Positions 38,141-49,650 are shown, numbered from the stretch's first letter. The stretch: DNA of 64,000 nucleotides from Octopus sinensis (GCF_006345805.1 NC_043009.1:72230001-72294000); one strand, 5' to 3'. Numbers and translations: made by a program. Notes: a model not told the origin generated them from the sequence alone.

Positions 38141-38225
38141 TCAGTGATATGGTTTCTCTCCTGTATGTGTATGTTTATATGTAGTTAGACTGCTATTGTA
38201 ATAAAATTTGCCATGGATATCACAC
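38141..38225 (-). pseudogene. Decayed, out-of-frame 16th zinc finger just past the ZNF stop codon
   Basis: Alternative frame reads [29 protein letters not shown]-stop. Confidence 0.75.
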
Positions 38226-39590
38226 TCATGACTTCTCTTCTCTATGTGTTCGTTTGTGTACAGTTACATGGCTACTTTGTGTGAATGTTTTACCACAGAT
38301 ATCACAGCGAAATGGTTTCTCTCCTGTATGTATACGTCTATGTGCAGTTAAAGTGCTATTGTGAGAGAATGGTTTACTACAGATATCACAATGATATGGC
38401 TTCTCTCCTGTATGAACATATTTGTGACCAGATAGATGGATATTTTGAGAGAATGATTTACCACAGATATCACAACGATATGGTTTCTCTCCTGTGTGAA
38501 TGCTTTTGTGTTGGTTTAGATTGCTATTCACTGAGAATGATTTACCACAGATATCACAGTGATATGGCTTCTCTCCTGTATGAACACGCTTGTGCGTACT
38601 TAGAGAGTTACTGTTAAGGAATGATTTACCACAGATATCACAGTGATATGGCTTCTCTCCTGTGTGAGCAAATTTATGTCGAGTTAGACTGTTAAATTGA
38701 GAGACTGATTTACCACAGATATCACACTGATATGGCTTCTCTCCTGTATGAGCAAATTTATGTTGAGTTAGACTGTTAAATTGAGAGACTGATTTATCAC
38801 GGATATAACATTGGAATGGTTTCTCTTCTGTATGAATACGCTTGTGTCGAGTTAGATTGCCATTTACAGAAAATGATTTACCACAGATATCACAGTAGTA
38901 TGGCTTCTCTCCTGTATGTGTACGTTTGTGTAAAATTAAATCATACATCATAAAAAATGATTTGCCACAGATATCACAGTGACATGGCTTATCTCCTGTA
39001 TGAATTCGTCTGTGTGCTGCTAAGCGACTGCTTGCACAAAAAGATTTGCCACAGATAGAACAATGATATGGATTCTCTCCCGTGTGAATAAGTTTGTGTT
39101 TACTCAAACTATCTGGATTAGAGAATGATTTACCACAGATTTCACATTGGTACGGTTTCTCTCCTGTATGGATACGTTTGTGTTTACGTAGGTTGCTATT
39201 TAGAGAGAATGATTTACCACAGATTTCACATTGGAATGGTTTCTCTCCTGTATGAATACGTATGTGTCTAATTAAAGCAGCTGTATGAGTGAATGATTTA
39301 CCACAAACATTACATTGATATGGTTTCTCTCCTGTATGAATACGTATGTGTCTAGTGAGAATGCTTTTTCCAGAGAACGATTTACCACAGATATCACACT
39401 GGAACAGTTTCTCTCCTGTATGAATATATGTATGAGTTATAAGGTCACCTTTTCCGGAGAATGACTTCTTACAGAAATCACATTGATAAGATGGGTTACA
39501 TACATCCATTGGCTTCTCATCAATAAAACCAGTCCTTGTAGACTCTGATTCACATTTAATATTCTCCCCACACAATTCATTTTCCATCAT
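38226..39590 (-). CDS. Tandem C2H2 (Kruppel-like) zinc-finger protein, 454 aa, 15 repeats (14 canonical, 1 degenerate), single coding exon
   Basis: Intact ORF of CxxC..HxxxH-TGEKP repeats. The ORF track starts at GTG 39608, but the first ATG is 39590 with an in-frame TGA upstream. Acceptor ttttttctttttatttcag at 39949-39950. Confidence 0.95.
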   Translation of the reverse strand: MMENELCGENIKCESESTRTGFIDEKPMDVCNPSYQCDFCKKSFSGKGDLITHTYIHTGEKLFQCDICGKSFSGKSILTRHIRIHTGEKPYQCNVCGKSFTHTAALIRHIRIHTGEKPFQCEICGKSFSLNSNLRKHKRIHTGEKPYQCEICGKSFSNPDSLSKHKLIHTGENPYHCSICGKSFCASSRLAAHRRIHTGDKPCHCDICGKSFFMMYDLILHKRTHTGEKPYYCDICGKSFSVNGNLTRHKRIHTEEKPFQCYIRDKSVSQFNSLTQHKFAHTGEKPYQCDICGKSVSQFNSLTRHKFAHTGEKPYHCDICGKSFLNSNSLSTHKRVHTGEKPYHCDICGKSFSVNSNLNQHKSIHTGEKPYRCDICGKSFSQNIHLSGHKYVHTGEKPYHCDICSKPFSHNSTLTAHRRIHTGEKPFRCDICGKTFTQSSHVTVHKRTHREEKS

Positions 39591-40107
39591 ATTTCTTTCT
39601 TTCACCACAATGTATGAATCCTTTTTTGCTTTTCAGTTTTAACTTTTTATTCCACACTGGTATTTATTGTGATATATTTCACTGAACTGGAATTTTTGTC
39701 AATATCTGAAGAGGCTGAGAATTCCTTTCTTATTCCAAATACATTTGAAGGTGAAAACCATCTTGAACACATAACAGACAGTGAAGTCAAGAAATATCAC
39801 AAAGAATTTCAGTTAAATCAAATAATTCACAGCAACTCTTCCACAGATATCTCTTCTGTATAAAAAACTTCCTTTCAACTTTCAAAGACAGTAATGTTGA
39901 TGTATCTCTCGTATAAAAGTTTCTTTAATGCCACTGTAATTTAGATGTCTGAAATAAAAAAGAAAAAATTTCCGTTAGAAAGGATAGAGCAGTGGAAATT
40001 TTAATATATTTGTAGAACGAGCTTTTGCTATACTCCTTCACATGAACAATTAAAACGTTTACTTTTTAATTTGGTGAGAAAATTACATTATACAACTTTA
40101 TGGGAAC

Positions 40108-40573
40108 CATCCTCATCGTTTAACATCCGTTTTCCTCGCTAGCATGGGTTGGACGATTTGATTGAGGTCTGGCGAACCAGATGGCTGCACCAGGCTCCAA
40201 TCTGATCTGGCAGAGTTTCTACAGCTGGATGTCCTTCCTAATGCCAACCACTCCGAGAGTGCAGTGGTGCTTTTATGTGCCACTGGCATGAGGGCCAGTC
40301 AGGCGGTACTGGCAGTTGCCATGCTCAAGTGGTGATTTTTATGTGCCACCTGCACAGGAGACAGTCCAGTAGCACTGGCAACGACCTCGCTCAAATGTTT
40401 TTCCACATGCTAGTAAGGCGACGCTAGTAACAATCACGCTCGAATGGTGCTTTTTACGTCCCCTGGTATGGAAGCCAGTCAGCTGCTCTGGCAACAACCA
40501 TGCTCGGATGGTGCTCTTAGCGCTCCACTAGCACGGATGCCAGTCGTCGCATTTTATTTCAATTTCACTTGCA
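40108..40573 (-). mobile_element. RTE 3' UTR-only fragment (5 tandem units plus terminal module)
   Basis: Reverse complement matches 44960-45410 of RTE copy 3; (CAT)n tail at 40108. Confidence 0.85.
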
Positions 40574-40605
40574 GAGTTTAGTGTCCAGGCAACATTATTG
40601 ATGTT

Positions 40606-40660
40606 AAACACATTCATACAGGAGAGAGACCGTTCCAATGGGATATCTGTAGTAAACGAC
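40606..40660 (+). pseudogene. Isolated relic C2H2 linker and finger fragment
   Basis: aaa cac att cat aca gga gag aga ccg ttc caa tgg gat atc tgt agt aaa = KHIHTGERPFQWDICSK. Confidence 0.65.
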
Positions 40661-41639
40661 AAAATAGTAGATAATAATATTCATCTATCTTGAGAAACAT
40701 AATTCACCATTATTTGGTGGTGGTGGTTTAGTTCCAAGCCAGCTCTGACTGGGAGAACCTATCATGAAAGACATCTCAAACATAACTACCACATCCATCC
40801 CTCTCACATTAATATATCAATGACATTATTTGAAATAATCAACTGAAATTTGGCTAATATTTCTAGAAGTTTTAGCAACTCTGTAAGGGTCTCTCATTGT
40901 GTTGTTGTTCTCTAGCCTCAAGCCAGCTTAGATTCAGCAGATATGTGACTACAGTTTAATGGTTATGAATTCTATGACAGATGTAAATGGAACATTATGT
41001 TGATGATCAGAGAAAAGATGATAGGGAAAAAAAAAAAAAAAAAAGAAAACAATACTAACAAAAGAAACCTCAAAAGGATGCTGGAGACTGTGTCATGGGT
41101 ATCATTAATGATCGTTCACTTTCTTCCAGGAAGCATAGAAGATGGCCAAATGGTTGTATCATTCTGTGTAATTCTGTACATTTAAGAAGTTAATATTTCT
41201 CCCACGGCCATACATGTTTACAATTAGCATGCAATGACAAGGACATATACACACATCTCATCCTTTAACGCCCACTTTTCTACGCTTGTATGGGTCAGCC
41301 GGAATTTGTTGAGGTAGATTTTCTATGACCTGATGACCTTTCTCTCGCTAACCCTTATTTTTTTTTCCAAAGAAGTCTGGAGATGAATAACATTGTTTGT
41401 ATGAGAAGAGTCAAGAACATTAACAACCCTCACATGACATCAAAGCAACACACAAATACACATCCATATATATATATATACACTAATCCTTTGCCATAAT
41501 GCAGTTTATTACTTAAGCTTACGTCGATTGCTCCGTGGTGTTGTTATGCATTTCTAATAAAGATCAATGAAAATCCTTCAGTACGTGGTGATTAAAAAAG
41601 GAAATAAGAATTAAAGGGGAAATAACGAGGGCAGATAAG

Positions 41640-41925
41640 AAAGTCAACTCACTGCTAAACAACGTAGACATTGGTTATAGCAACCAAAAGGTGAACAAAT
41701 CTCTTTTTCTATAGAATTCCTCCATATAAATTCCTGTAAATACGAAACGAATAAATCACCTGACATTCCAAACTGACGTCGTCGTCTTCCTTTTACATGA
41801 ATATTCTCCACGTTTTGAGTGTCGATGTCCTTATTTGTTGGATCTACAAAGTTCTGATGTACAATCACTTTGTGAGTGTACATAGCATCATTTAGGCTCC
41901 CAATAGTTCCTGGCTGTTAGTTCTC
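41640..41925 (-). mobile_element. Merlin (ISXO2/IS1595-like) transposase C-terminal remnant
   Basis: YTHKVIVHQNFVDP..DTQNVEN..RRQFGMSGDLFVSYLQEFIWRN resembles the H..VNH..NFVDP..HTQ.IE..YL.EF.WR motif; TIRs not found. Confidence 0.65.
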
Positions 41926-41973
41926 TTTTTAATTTTGATATTCTTTTTTAATCACCACCTACTGAAGGATTTT

Positions 41974-42027
41974 CCATAGGTATAAAGTCTTCATAGGTAT
42001 AAAGTCTTCCATAGGTATAAAGTCTTC
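41974..42027. repeat. 3x tandem 17-18-bp repeat CATAGGTATAAAGTCTT(C)
   Basis: Units at 41975, 41992 and 42010. Confidence 0.9.
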
Positions 42028-45000
42028 TGGCAAGGTAACATGGATGGTGTAGGGGGTGTAGGCATTCTCCTTGCGGAGAAATGGGTGGATAAGGTCATAG
42101 AGGTTGTCAGGGTTTGCGATAGAGTGCTTAAGCTCAATTTAGTCCTACAGAGTGGCACAGCTACGATTATCTCCGCCTGTGCCCCACATGATCAGAAGGA
42201 CCACTTTCATGATACCCTTCTACAGGCTACCTCAAAGACTAGTGGCAAGGACCTCATCTTTGTGGGTGGAGACTTTAATGGGCATGTTGGGTGGGAATCG
42301 GGTATCTTCACTGGGGTACACGGTGGCCATGGTATTGGCACCAGAATTGATGAGGGAACTAGACTACTGGAATTCTGTGATGCATGTAACCTTTTAATCT
42401 GCAACACTAACTTCAGGAAGCCTGACTGCCACCTTATAACCTATCAGTCAGGAGACTCCGCTAGCCAAATAGACTTCATCCTCACCAGACAGCGGGATGC
42501 AGGGTCGCTTTTAAATACAAAGACCCTCCCGGGTGAAGAATGTATCCCTCAGCATGGCTAATCATTAGTGACTTTAAGCTTGAGGCCAGAAGGACTCCAA
42601 GAAACAGACCAATCCAGAAAAGAAGGATTTGGAAGCTAAAGAACCCTTCACATGGTCAGAGATTTAGGGACATCCTCATCAAGAAATTTGATGAGAGGGA
42701 GGAGGAGCTTCAGATGTTGGACATAGAAGGTAGCTGGGAATTCCTACGGGACAGCTTGCTGAGCGCCACAGACCAAGTCTGTGGATGGTGCAAAGTCCCT
42801 TCCAGACCTAGAGTTACGTGGTGGTGGAATAGTGCAGTAGACAAAGCCATTAGTGCAAAGAGGCCTGGAAAGCCTGGAGGGATGGGGGTAGCAGGGAACT
42901 GTACCAGGTAGCCAAAAGGGAGGCTGGGCAGCAGGTATACATAGCCAAAGATGTAGCAGAAAAGAAGAAGTTTGCCAATGTCCAGCAACGTGAGGACCAA
43001 AGAACTGAGGTATTTTGGATTGCCAGACAGTGTGTGAGAGAAAATAGTGATGTTACAGGAGAGAAATGTGTCCACATGGATGATGGGGCACTTGCTTTTA
43101 ATGTTGGTGAAAAGAAAGAGGCTTGGAGAAGCCATTATGAAAGGCTGCTGAATGTGGAGAATGAATGGGAGGAGGAGAACCTGCCAAATATTGACCCAGT
43201 AGAGGGACCAGCTATCCGAATAGACAGCTCCCTTGTAGTTAAGGCAATTAAGGGTATGAAACCAGGTAAAGCCCCCGGCCCATCAGGAATCACTGCTGAG
43301 ATGCTTAAAACAGCTGGTTAAGTGGGCTATGGCCTAGTCACCCACATTGTAAACCAGGTAGTTCATAATGGAGTCATACCCAATGACTGGCGTAGCAGCA
43401 CCATAGTCAACTGCTACAAGGGTAAGGGTGATGCTCTAGATAGAAATAACTACAGGGGTATTAAACTGTTGGATCAGGTGATGAAGGTCACAGGGAGGGT
43501 CATAACCCATTTCATTAGGGAGAGAATTTGCTTAGATGAGATGCAGTTCGGTTTTGTGCCGGGTAGAAGCACCACTGATGCTATATTCCTAGTCCGACAA
43601 CTGCAGGAGAAGTACCTTGCTAAAGATAAACCCCTCTACATAGCTTTCGTGGACTTGGAGAAAGCCTTTGACAGGGTCACCCGATCCCTTATCTGGTGGT
43701 CGATGCGGAAACTGGAGATTGACGAATGGCTAATAAGGGCTGTACAGGCCCTATACAGAGAGGCTGTCAGCGAATATAGTGAAGAATTCCGGGTAGAAGT
43801 AGGTGTACACCAAGGCTCAGCCCTCAGTTCCCTTTTATTCATCATAGTCCTCCAGGCAATAACAGAGGAATTCAAAACGGGTCGTCCCTGGGAGCTCCTC
43901 TATGCTGATGACCTGGCTCTCATAGCAGAATCACTACCGGAACTAGAAAAGAAATTTCGGGTGTGGAAGCTAGTTTTAGAATCAAAGGGCCTTAGAGTAA
44001 ATGTAGCAAAGACCAAAGTTATAGTAAGCAGAAAGGCGAACTCAGCACACACACCCTCGGGCAGGTGGCCCTGCTCGATCTGTAGGAAAGGTGTAGGTAG
44101 AAACTCCATAAGATGCACCCAGTGTAAGCTATGGACGCATAAGAGGTGCAGCAACATCAAAGGGAAATTAACTGATAAGATAGCTTTCATGTGCGGCAGA
44201 TGCACAGGGGCAATAGACACCAGATTAGAAAACAGATTCCATCACACTTCAGGGGAAGAAACAAGAAGTAGTTGATAGTTTCCGCTACCTAGGTGACCAA
44301 GTTAGTAGTGGAGGTGGATGCTCAAAGAGTGTCACCACTAGAATACGAATAACTTGGGCAAAGTTCAGAAAGCTCTTACCCCTACTGATGACAAAGGTAG
44401 ATTGTATGACGCATGTGTGCGAAGTGCCATGCTTCACGGTAGTGAAACATGGGCTGTGACTGCAGAGGACATGCGTAGACTTGAAAGGAATGAAACTAGC
44501 ATGATCCGCTGGATGTGTAATGTCAGTGTGCACGCACGACAGAGGGTAAGCACCCTGAGAGAAATGCTGGACATAAAAAACATCAGATGTGGTGTGCAAG
44601 AGCGACACTTGCGATGGTATGGTCATGTACTGTGGATGGATGAGGAGAGATGTGTGAAGAAGTGCCACTCCCAAACAGTTGAAGGTATCAGGGGGAGAGG
44701 TAGACCCAGGAAGACATGGGATGAGGTAGTCAAGCATGACCTCAGGCATTGGGCCTCACTGAGGCAATGGCGAAGGACCGAGATCTCTGGAGATATGCTG
44801 TGACTGCAAAGACCCAGGCTGCTTCTTGCACCAGTTCCGCATAGCCCTTGCTCATTCAAAGTACCTTGGATTCCAGAACATCCCGCTGTGCTTGAGGAGA
44901 CCTGTTGAGTCAAGTACATGAACATCGAAATAAATATCAATGGAAATAGTAGTTGTGATACCTGTGCCAGTGGCACATGAAAAGCACCATCCGAACGTGG

Positions 45001-45412
45001 GCGTTGCCAGCGACGCCTCGACTGGCTTCTGTGCTGGTGGCACATAAAAAGCACCATCCGAACGTGGCCGATGCCAGCGCCGCCTTGGCTGGCTTCTGTG
45101 CCCGAGGCACATAAAAAGCACCATCTGAACGTGGCCAATGCCAGTGCCGCCTTGGCTGGCTTCCGTGCTGGTGGCACGTTGAAAGCACCAACCGATCGTG
45201 TCCGATGCCAGACTCCCCTGGCACCTGTGCAGGTGGCACGTAAAAAGCACCCACTACACTCGCGGAGTGGTTGGCATTAGGAAGGGCATCCAGCTGTAGA
45301 AACACTGCCAGATCAGACTGAAGCCTGATACAGCCCTTGGCTTCCCAGACCCCGGTCGAACCGTCCAACCCGTGCTAGCGAGGAAAACGGACGTTAAACG
45401 ATGATGATGATG
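42028..45412 (+). mobile_element. RTE-clade LINE copy 3, 5'-truncated, APE and RT with frameshifts and stops
   Basis: GVGILL, FVGGDFNGH, SQIDFIL, GKAPGP, NYRGIKLL, FVDLEKAFDRV, GVHQGSALS, LLYADD, GRPRKTW; 67-nt UTR units; (ATG)n tail. Confidence 0.92.
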
Positions 45413-45424
45413 ATAATATATATA

Positions 45425-45800
45425 TATATCTTTTACTCTTCTACTTGTTTCAGTCTGTGGCCATGCTGGAGCACCACCTTTTGTCAAGCAAATCGACCCC
45501 AGGACTTATTCTTTGTAAGCCTAGTACTTATTCTATCGGTCTCTTTTGCCAAACCACTAAGTTACGGGGACGTAAACACACCAGCATCGGTTGTCAAGCA
45601 ATGTTGGGGAGACAAACACAGATACACAAACACATATATATATATATACATATATACGACGGGGTTCTTTCAGTTTCCGTCTACAAGGCTTTGGTCAGCT
45701 TTAGAGACTATAGTAGAACATACTTGCCCAAGGTGCCACGCAGTGGGACTGAACCCGAAACCATGTGGTTGGTAAGCAAGCTATTTACCACACAGCCATA
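45425..45800 (-). mobile_element. tRNA-derived SINE (27748 family)
   Basis: Collinear reverse complement of 27748-28165, flanked by (AT)n. Confidence 0.85.
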
Positions 45801-46308
45801 TATATATATATATATATATACACAAAAGATAAAAATAATTACAAAATACGTTTAACAAAATTATTGAAAGTGGGTAGAAATAAACACTACGTAGTGAAAT
45901 AGTACTACTACCCTAGGATATCTGTAGAAAGTTGAATGTGATTTCAGAATATAATGAGGAAAAATTCGGATCTTGGGAATTTTCCGAAAGTCCTCTCCTC
46001 ACCTCAAGATTTTCCCCACAAATTATTTTATAGTCATAATATATGCCGTTTCAAAGGTATTTATATAAAATTTCATTGAAAAAAAACCCATTTTCCTGAA
46101 AGGTATGAGGGAAAAACTTGGATTTTGTGAATGTTCCGAAGCCCTCTCCCCACCCCCTTGGGAAAGATTTTCCCCACAAATTTCTTTATAATTGTAATGT
46201 ATGCCATTTGAAAGATATTTCTATAAAATTTCATTTAAAAAACCTTATTTGGTTAATGTTACCTGGAAATGAAAATCCCCACCCCCCAAAAAAATACTGG
46301 AATGGGTG

Positions 46309-47282
46309 TGTAGCGGTCTCTGATATCCTCACTGTTTGAGAGACACGGCAGGAATGATCTCGTTTGAGATTACAGCCATCTTTGGCCGAGCTATTTCTGT
46401 TGTGTCCACTGAATTGATTGGTTGACATGTTGCGCGATTTGTCTCTACTTATTTCGCGTCACTGGCCAAAGCCAACCAATCACGGCCTTTGGTTAAGGTC
46501 CCTTCTCCTAGGCTCTGTTGAGCCACCTTACTTGTATATAAAGGAATGTTCTCAGTATACTTAGTCTTTGGTTCTAGTCCTTCTAAGGACTAACCTCTGA
46601 CCACAGAGCTACTCAACATGTTCCAGTTCCAGCGACAGACGATCAGCCACGACGACACTAATGTACACCCGCAACAGAACGCCTTCTATCTCCGCCGCCG
46701 TCGTCACCATCATTGTACCAACTTCAAGTCGTCTCTACCATTTCGCCATCACCATCGTCCACTTCAGACATGTACGCACCAACCTCACAGATCCACGCTG
46801 TTAGAGTGAATCCCTTCACCAAGTAAAACAGTCCATCTGAAGAATTCTATATTAAGAGAACCAGCTCGGCGATTGGGACCACGACCGCGGCTCGACAATA
46901 TTCGTCCAACCAGTCTCCGCCTGAGACACAACATCTTGATATTGAACTCTTACATATCGTGTACCTTATGAACTGTAAACCAATTTCCATCATTAACTCT
47001 ATGCTCTGTACCTTCTATGTCACACGCATTCACCCTCATTTGTATGTCACACACACGAACACACAGACACAACACTTGCTAGCACTCACAACCCTCTAAC
47101 CTTAACACCATTGTAAATAAAATCTTATCTTCTTTCAAACAGTGGAACGGCTTGTCTTTCATCTATATTCTGTTGGCACTGCATTGTATAAATTGTATTT
47201 ATGGCTTATCTTATTTCGTTAGTGATGCGACCGTGTGACTTACCTATGTCGCCAACCTCCACATACGGTCGTATTTCCCACA
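46309..47282 (+). mobile_element. Solo LTR (974 bp), probably Gypsy-type
   Basis: TG..CA termini; 4-bp TSD GGTG at 46305-46308 and 47283-47286; TATATAAA near 46535 and AATAAA near 47117; no internal coding sequence. Confidence 0.7.
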
Positions 47283-47311
47283 GGTGTAAAACAATGTGTT
47301 TTATTTTTATT

Positions 47312-47620
47312 TATGCGCCCTTTTCAAGCGTAGCCAGGATCATGGGCCCATTTTCCCGGTTTCTGTGGCGTATGTGTTCCCCCCAGATGGACGGGACGCC
47401 AGCCCATCGCAGCGTTACTCAAGAAACAGGAAGAAAGAGTGAGAAAAAGTTGGGGAGAAAGAGTACAACAGGGGTCGCCACCTCACCCTGCTCGAGCCTC
47501 GTGGAACTTTAGGTGTTTTCGCTCAATAAACACACGCAGTGCCCGGTCTGAGTATTGAAACTGCGATCCTTCGACCGCAAGTCCGCTGCCCTAACCACTG
47601 GGCCATTGCGCCTCCACGTG
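47312..47620 (-). mobile_element. tRNA-derived SINE (third family; also 56330-56631)
   Basis: Head ggaggcgcaatggcccagtggttagggcagcggac..gtttcaatactc; body shared with 56330-56631. Confidence 0.85.
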
Positions 47621-47994
47621 TAGGAAACGAGTATGAGAAAAAAAAATGTACGCAAAGCAACGGGAGGGTGGGGAGAGGACTTGGGAAAATTCACAAGATC
47701 CGAGCTTTTCGCTCATAACTTTTAGGAAAAGGGGGGGGGGGTAATGTTTACATCTTAACCCGGAAATGAAAATCCAAACCCTCATATCTGTATATATATA
47801 TGTGTGTGTGTACACACACAGACAAGAACAAGCACGCACACACAAGCCATTAGCTTTCTTCTCCTCTTCCCATTTTAGTAGCTGTTACGGAGGTGACGAA
47901 GATATCCGAAGTGAATTGTCGAGTTGTCACGGAAACAACCGAGATTTTGTTTTGGTTTTGTCGAGTCAAAACGAAGGAAACGCCTAATGGGCGT

Positions 47995-48105
47995 TGCTAT
48001 TATATATATATATATATATATATATGGGCGTTGCTATTATATATATATATAAACACACACATATATATATATACATACATTATATATATATATATATATA
48101 TATAG
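47995..48105. repeat. (TA)n microsatellite including a duplicated ATGGGCGTTGCTAT(TA)n unit
   Basis: Directly visible. Confidence 0.85.
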
Positions 48106-48421
48106 GTTGAAAATGCAATAAAATTGAAGCCAAAACATTAAAAATTATGGTTAATGTTTACAGTGCTATTTCTACAAGGATTGTAATGTTTCGTGGGGGT
48201 TTTGGGACGTAACAGCCGCGATGGTTACAGGAGGACAATCCAGAACATGCGATAGAAAGTGGACTAAGTTAATTACAATTAATGAGAATTGAGCGAACTG
48301 TGAACGGAGTTAATTAATTATAATCTAAATAGAAACGTTACGACGGGTCATAGAATACAATAAAAAAGCAGCAGGTCCTTCCGTAATTACTTAGGAAAAT
48401 GAAGAAATGTCTAACTCGACA

Positions 48422-48610
48422 AGGCAGCGGGGTGGCAGAAACGTTAGCACGCCGAGCGAAATACTTAGTGAGATTTTGTCTGCCGTTACGTTTTGCCTTT
48501 CATCCTTTTGGGGTCTATTAAATAATTACCAGTTACGCACTAGAATCGATGTAATCCACTTTATCCGTTTGTCCCCTCTGTGTTTAGCCCCTAGTGGGCA
48601 GTAAAGAAAT
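48422..48610 (+). mobile_element. SINE (2728 family) lacking the B box, with 20-bp TSD
   Basis: aagaaat(g/t)tctaactcgaca at 48402-48421 and 48611-48630. Confidence 0.85.
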
Positions 48611-49118
48611 AAGAAATTTCTAACTCGACAGCACTGGTCAAACAGTCGGTAGATGAACTGTGGAACCAATATCGTACGTACGATCGAGAAGTGGGGAGTT
48701 TGTTCTGGGATAGTTTAGTTTTAGATAAGCGACTATTTTAAACCAGACACGCACAATAATGCTTTTAATGCAGGGAAGGCTATTTGCGCAGTTGATAGAG
48801 TTTTTGTCAGGTTGTAAACATCACATGTATCTATTGAATGAAGGTTGACATTTCGAAAAAATGTATGTTGTGTATCAGTATATGTGTACGTGGCCAACAA
48901 TTTAATTTTTTTGTACGTTAACTTCTGATGTAATTGTAGCCTAAACTATCTGACATATATTTGTAGAAAAATTAATTTCAAAATATCTGAAAATAGAGCA
49001 AAAACAACAACAACAACAAAACATCACAGTAAGAACCATGTTTAAAATGAAACAAAAGAAACAACAGAAAATATAAGAGAAGAAAAAAAAAGAAATTAGT
49101 TGAGAATGATTGTAATAC

Positions 49119-49270
49119 CTTGAGGAGATTAAAGGTGAAAGAGGAATGGGCGAGAAGTAAACAAGAGAATGGCGAGGAAAAGTGGTGTAGTGAAGAAATA
49201 GAGGAGCGCAGTGAATGAGGAACAGGGCTTCGGATCAGAAAGGCCATTTCAGTTGGAATTTCTTTGTTAT
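49119..49270 (-). other. Candidate non-coding first exon of the ZNF gene
   Basis: Pyrimidine-rich on the minus strand, ending in donor AAG|GTATTA and followed by a T-rich intron start; same strand as the ZNF acceptor at 39950. 5' boundary is a guess. Confidence 0.35.
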
Positions 49271-49326
49271 GACGAGGATTTTTTCCCCAAATTTTGTTTT
49301 TCACCACAGCCTTCGAAATGATCTTT

Positions 49327-49650
49327 GGATCTTTTCCCTTTGAACGGCAGATCAAGAAATTAATTTTTTGTAACTAAACACTTTCAAACTTTGGACTCTG
49401 GTAGAATGTGTCATATAAAACATCTTTTACTCTTAGCATTTTTGAGAAAAACTTATATTTTCAAAGTTATTTCACGTTAAAGTTGTCCTATTTCGGTAAT
49501 TTCAACCAATCAATGACGTGTATTCAGCTGGATAAAATTACTGCTGTTGTTGCCAACAACAACTTCCGGCGGTGTATATTTCGTTTGTCACTGTTATTTA
49601 TGACGTCGTTCGTGCGTTTGGACTGGTTTTAGAGCTAAATTAACGAGTGG
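49327..49650. promoter_or_regulatory. CCAAT-ended repeat copy 3 with adjacent CpG-rich patch; possible promoter region
   Basis: CCAAT at 49506-49510, TGACGT at 49514-49519, ETS-like ACTTCCGG at 49562-49569, and clustered CpGs in an AT-rich background. Confidence 0.3.

Noticed and set aside
38285-38617. Plus-strand repetitive ORF (YHRYH repeats)
   Set aside because: Antisense shadow of the zinc-finger array
44623-45368. Tandem ~67-nt units as a CRISPR array, and the overlapping Pro/Ala-rich ORFs as genes
   Set aside because: Eukaryotic LINE 3' UTR with no unique spacers and no cas genes; the ORFs are antisense translations of the repeat
42028-45412. RTE copy 3 as an active autonomous element
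   Set aside because: 5'-truncated, with frameshifts near 42550 and 42900, a stop at 43319-43321 and further disruptions after 44230
47540-47620. tRNA-like sequences here and at 2728, 26940, 27748, 53821 and 56550 as tRNA genes
   Set aside because: They continue into shared SINE bodies with tails and TSDs, and lack a complete cloverleaf
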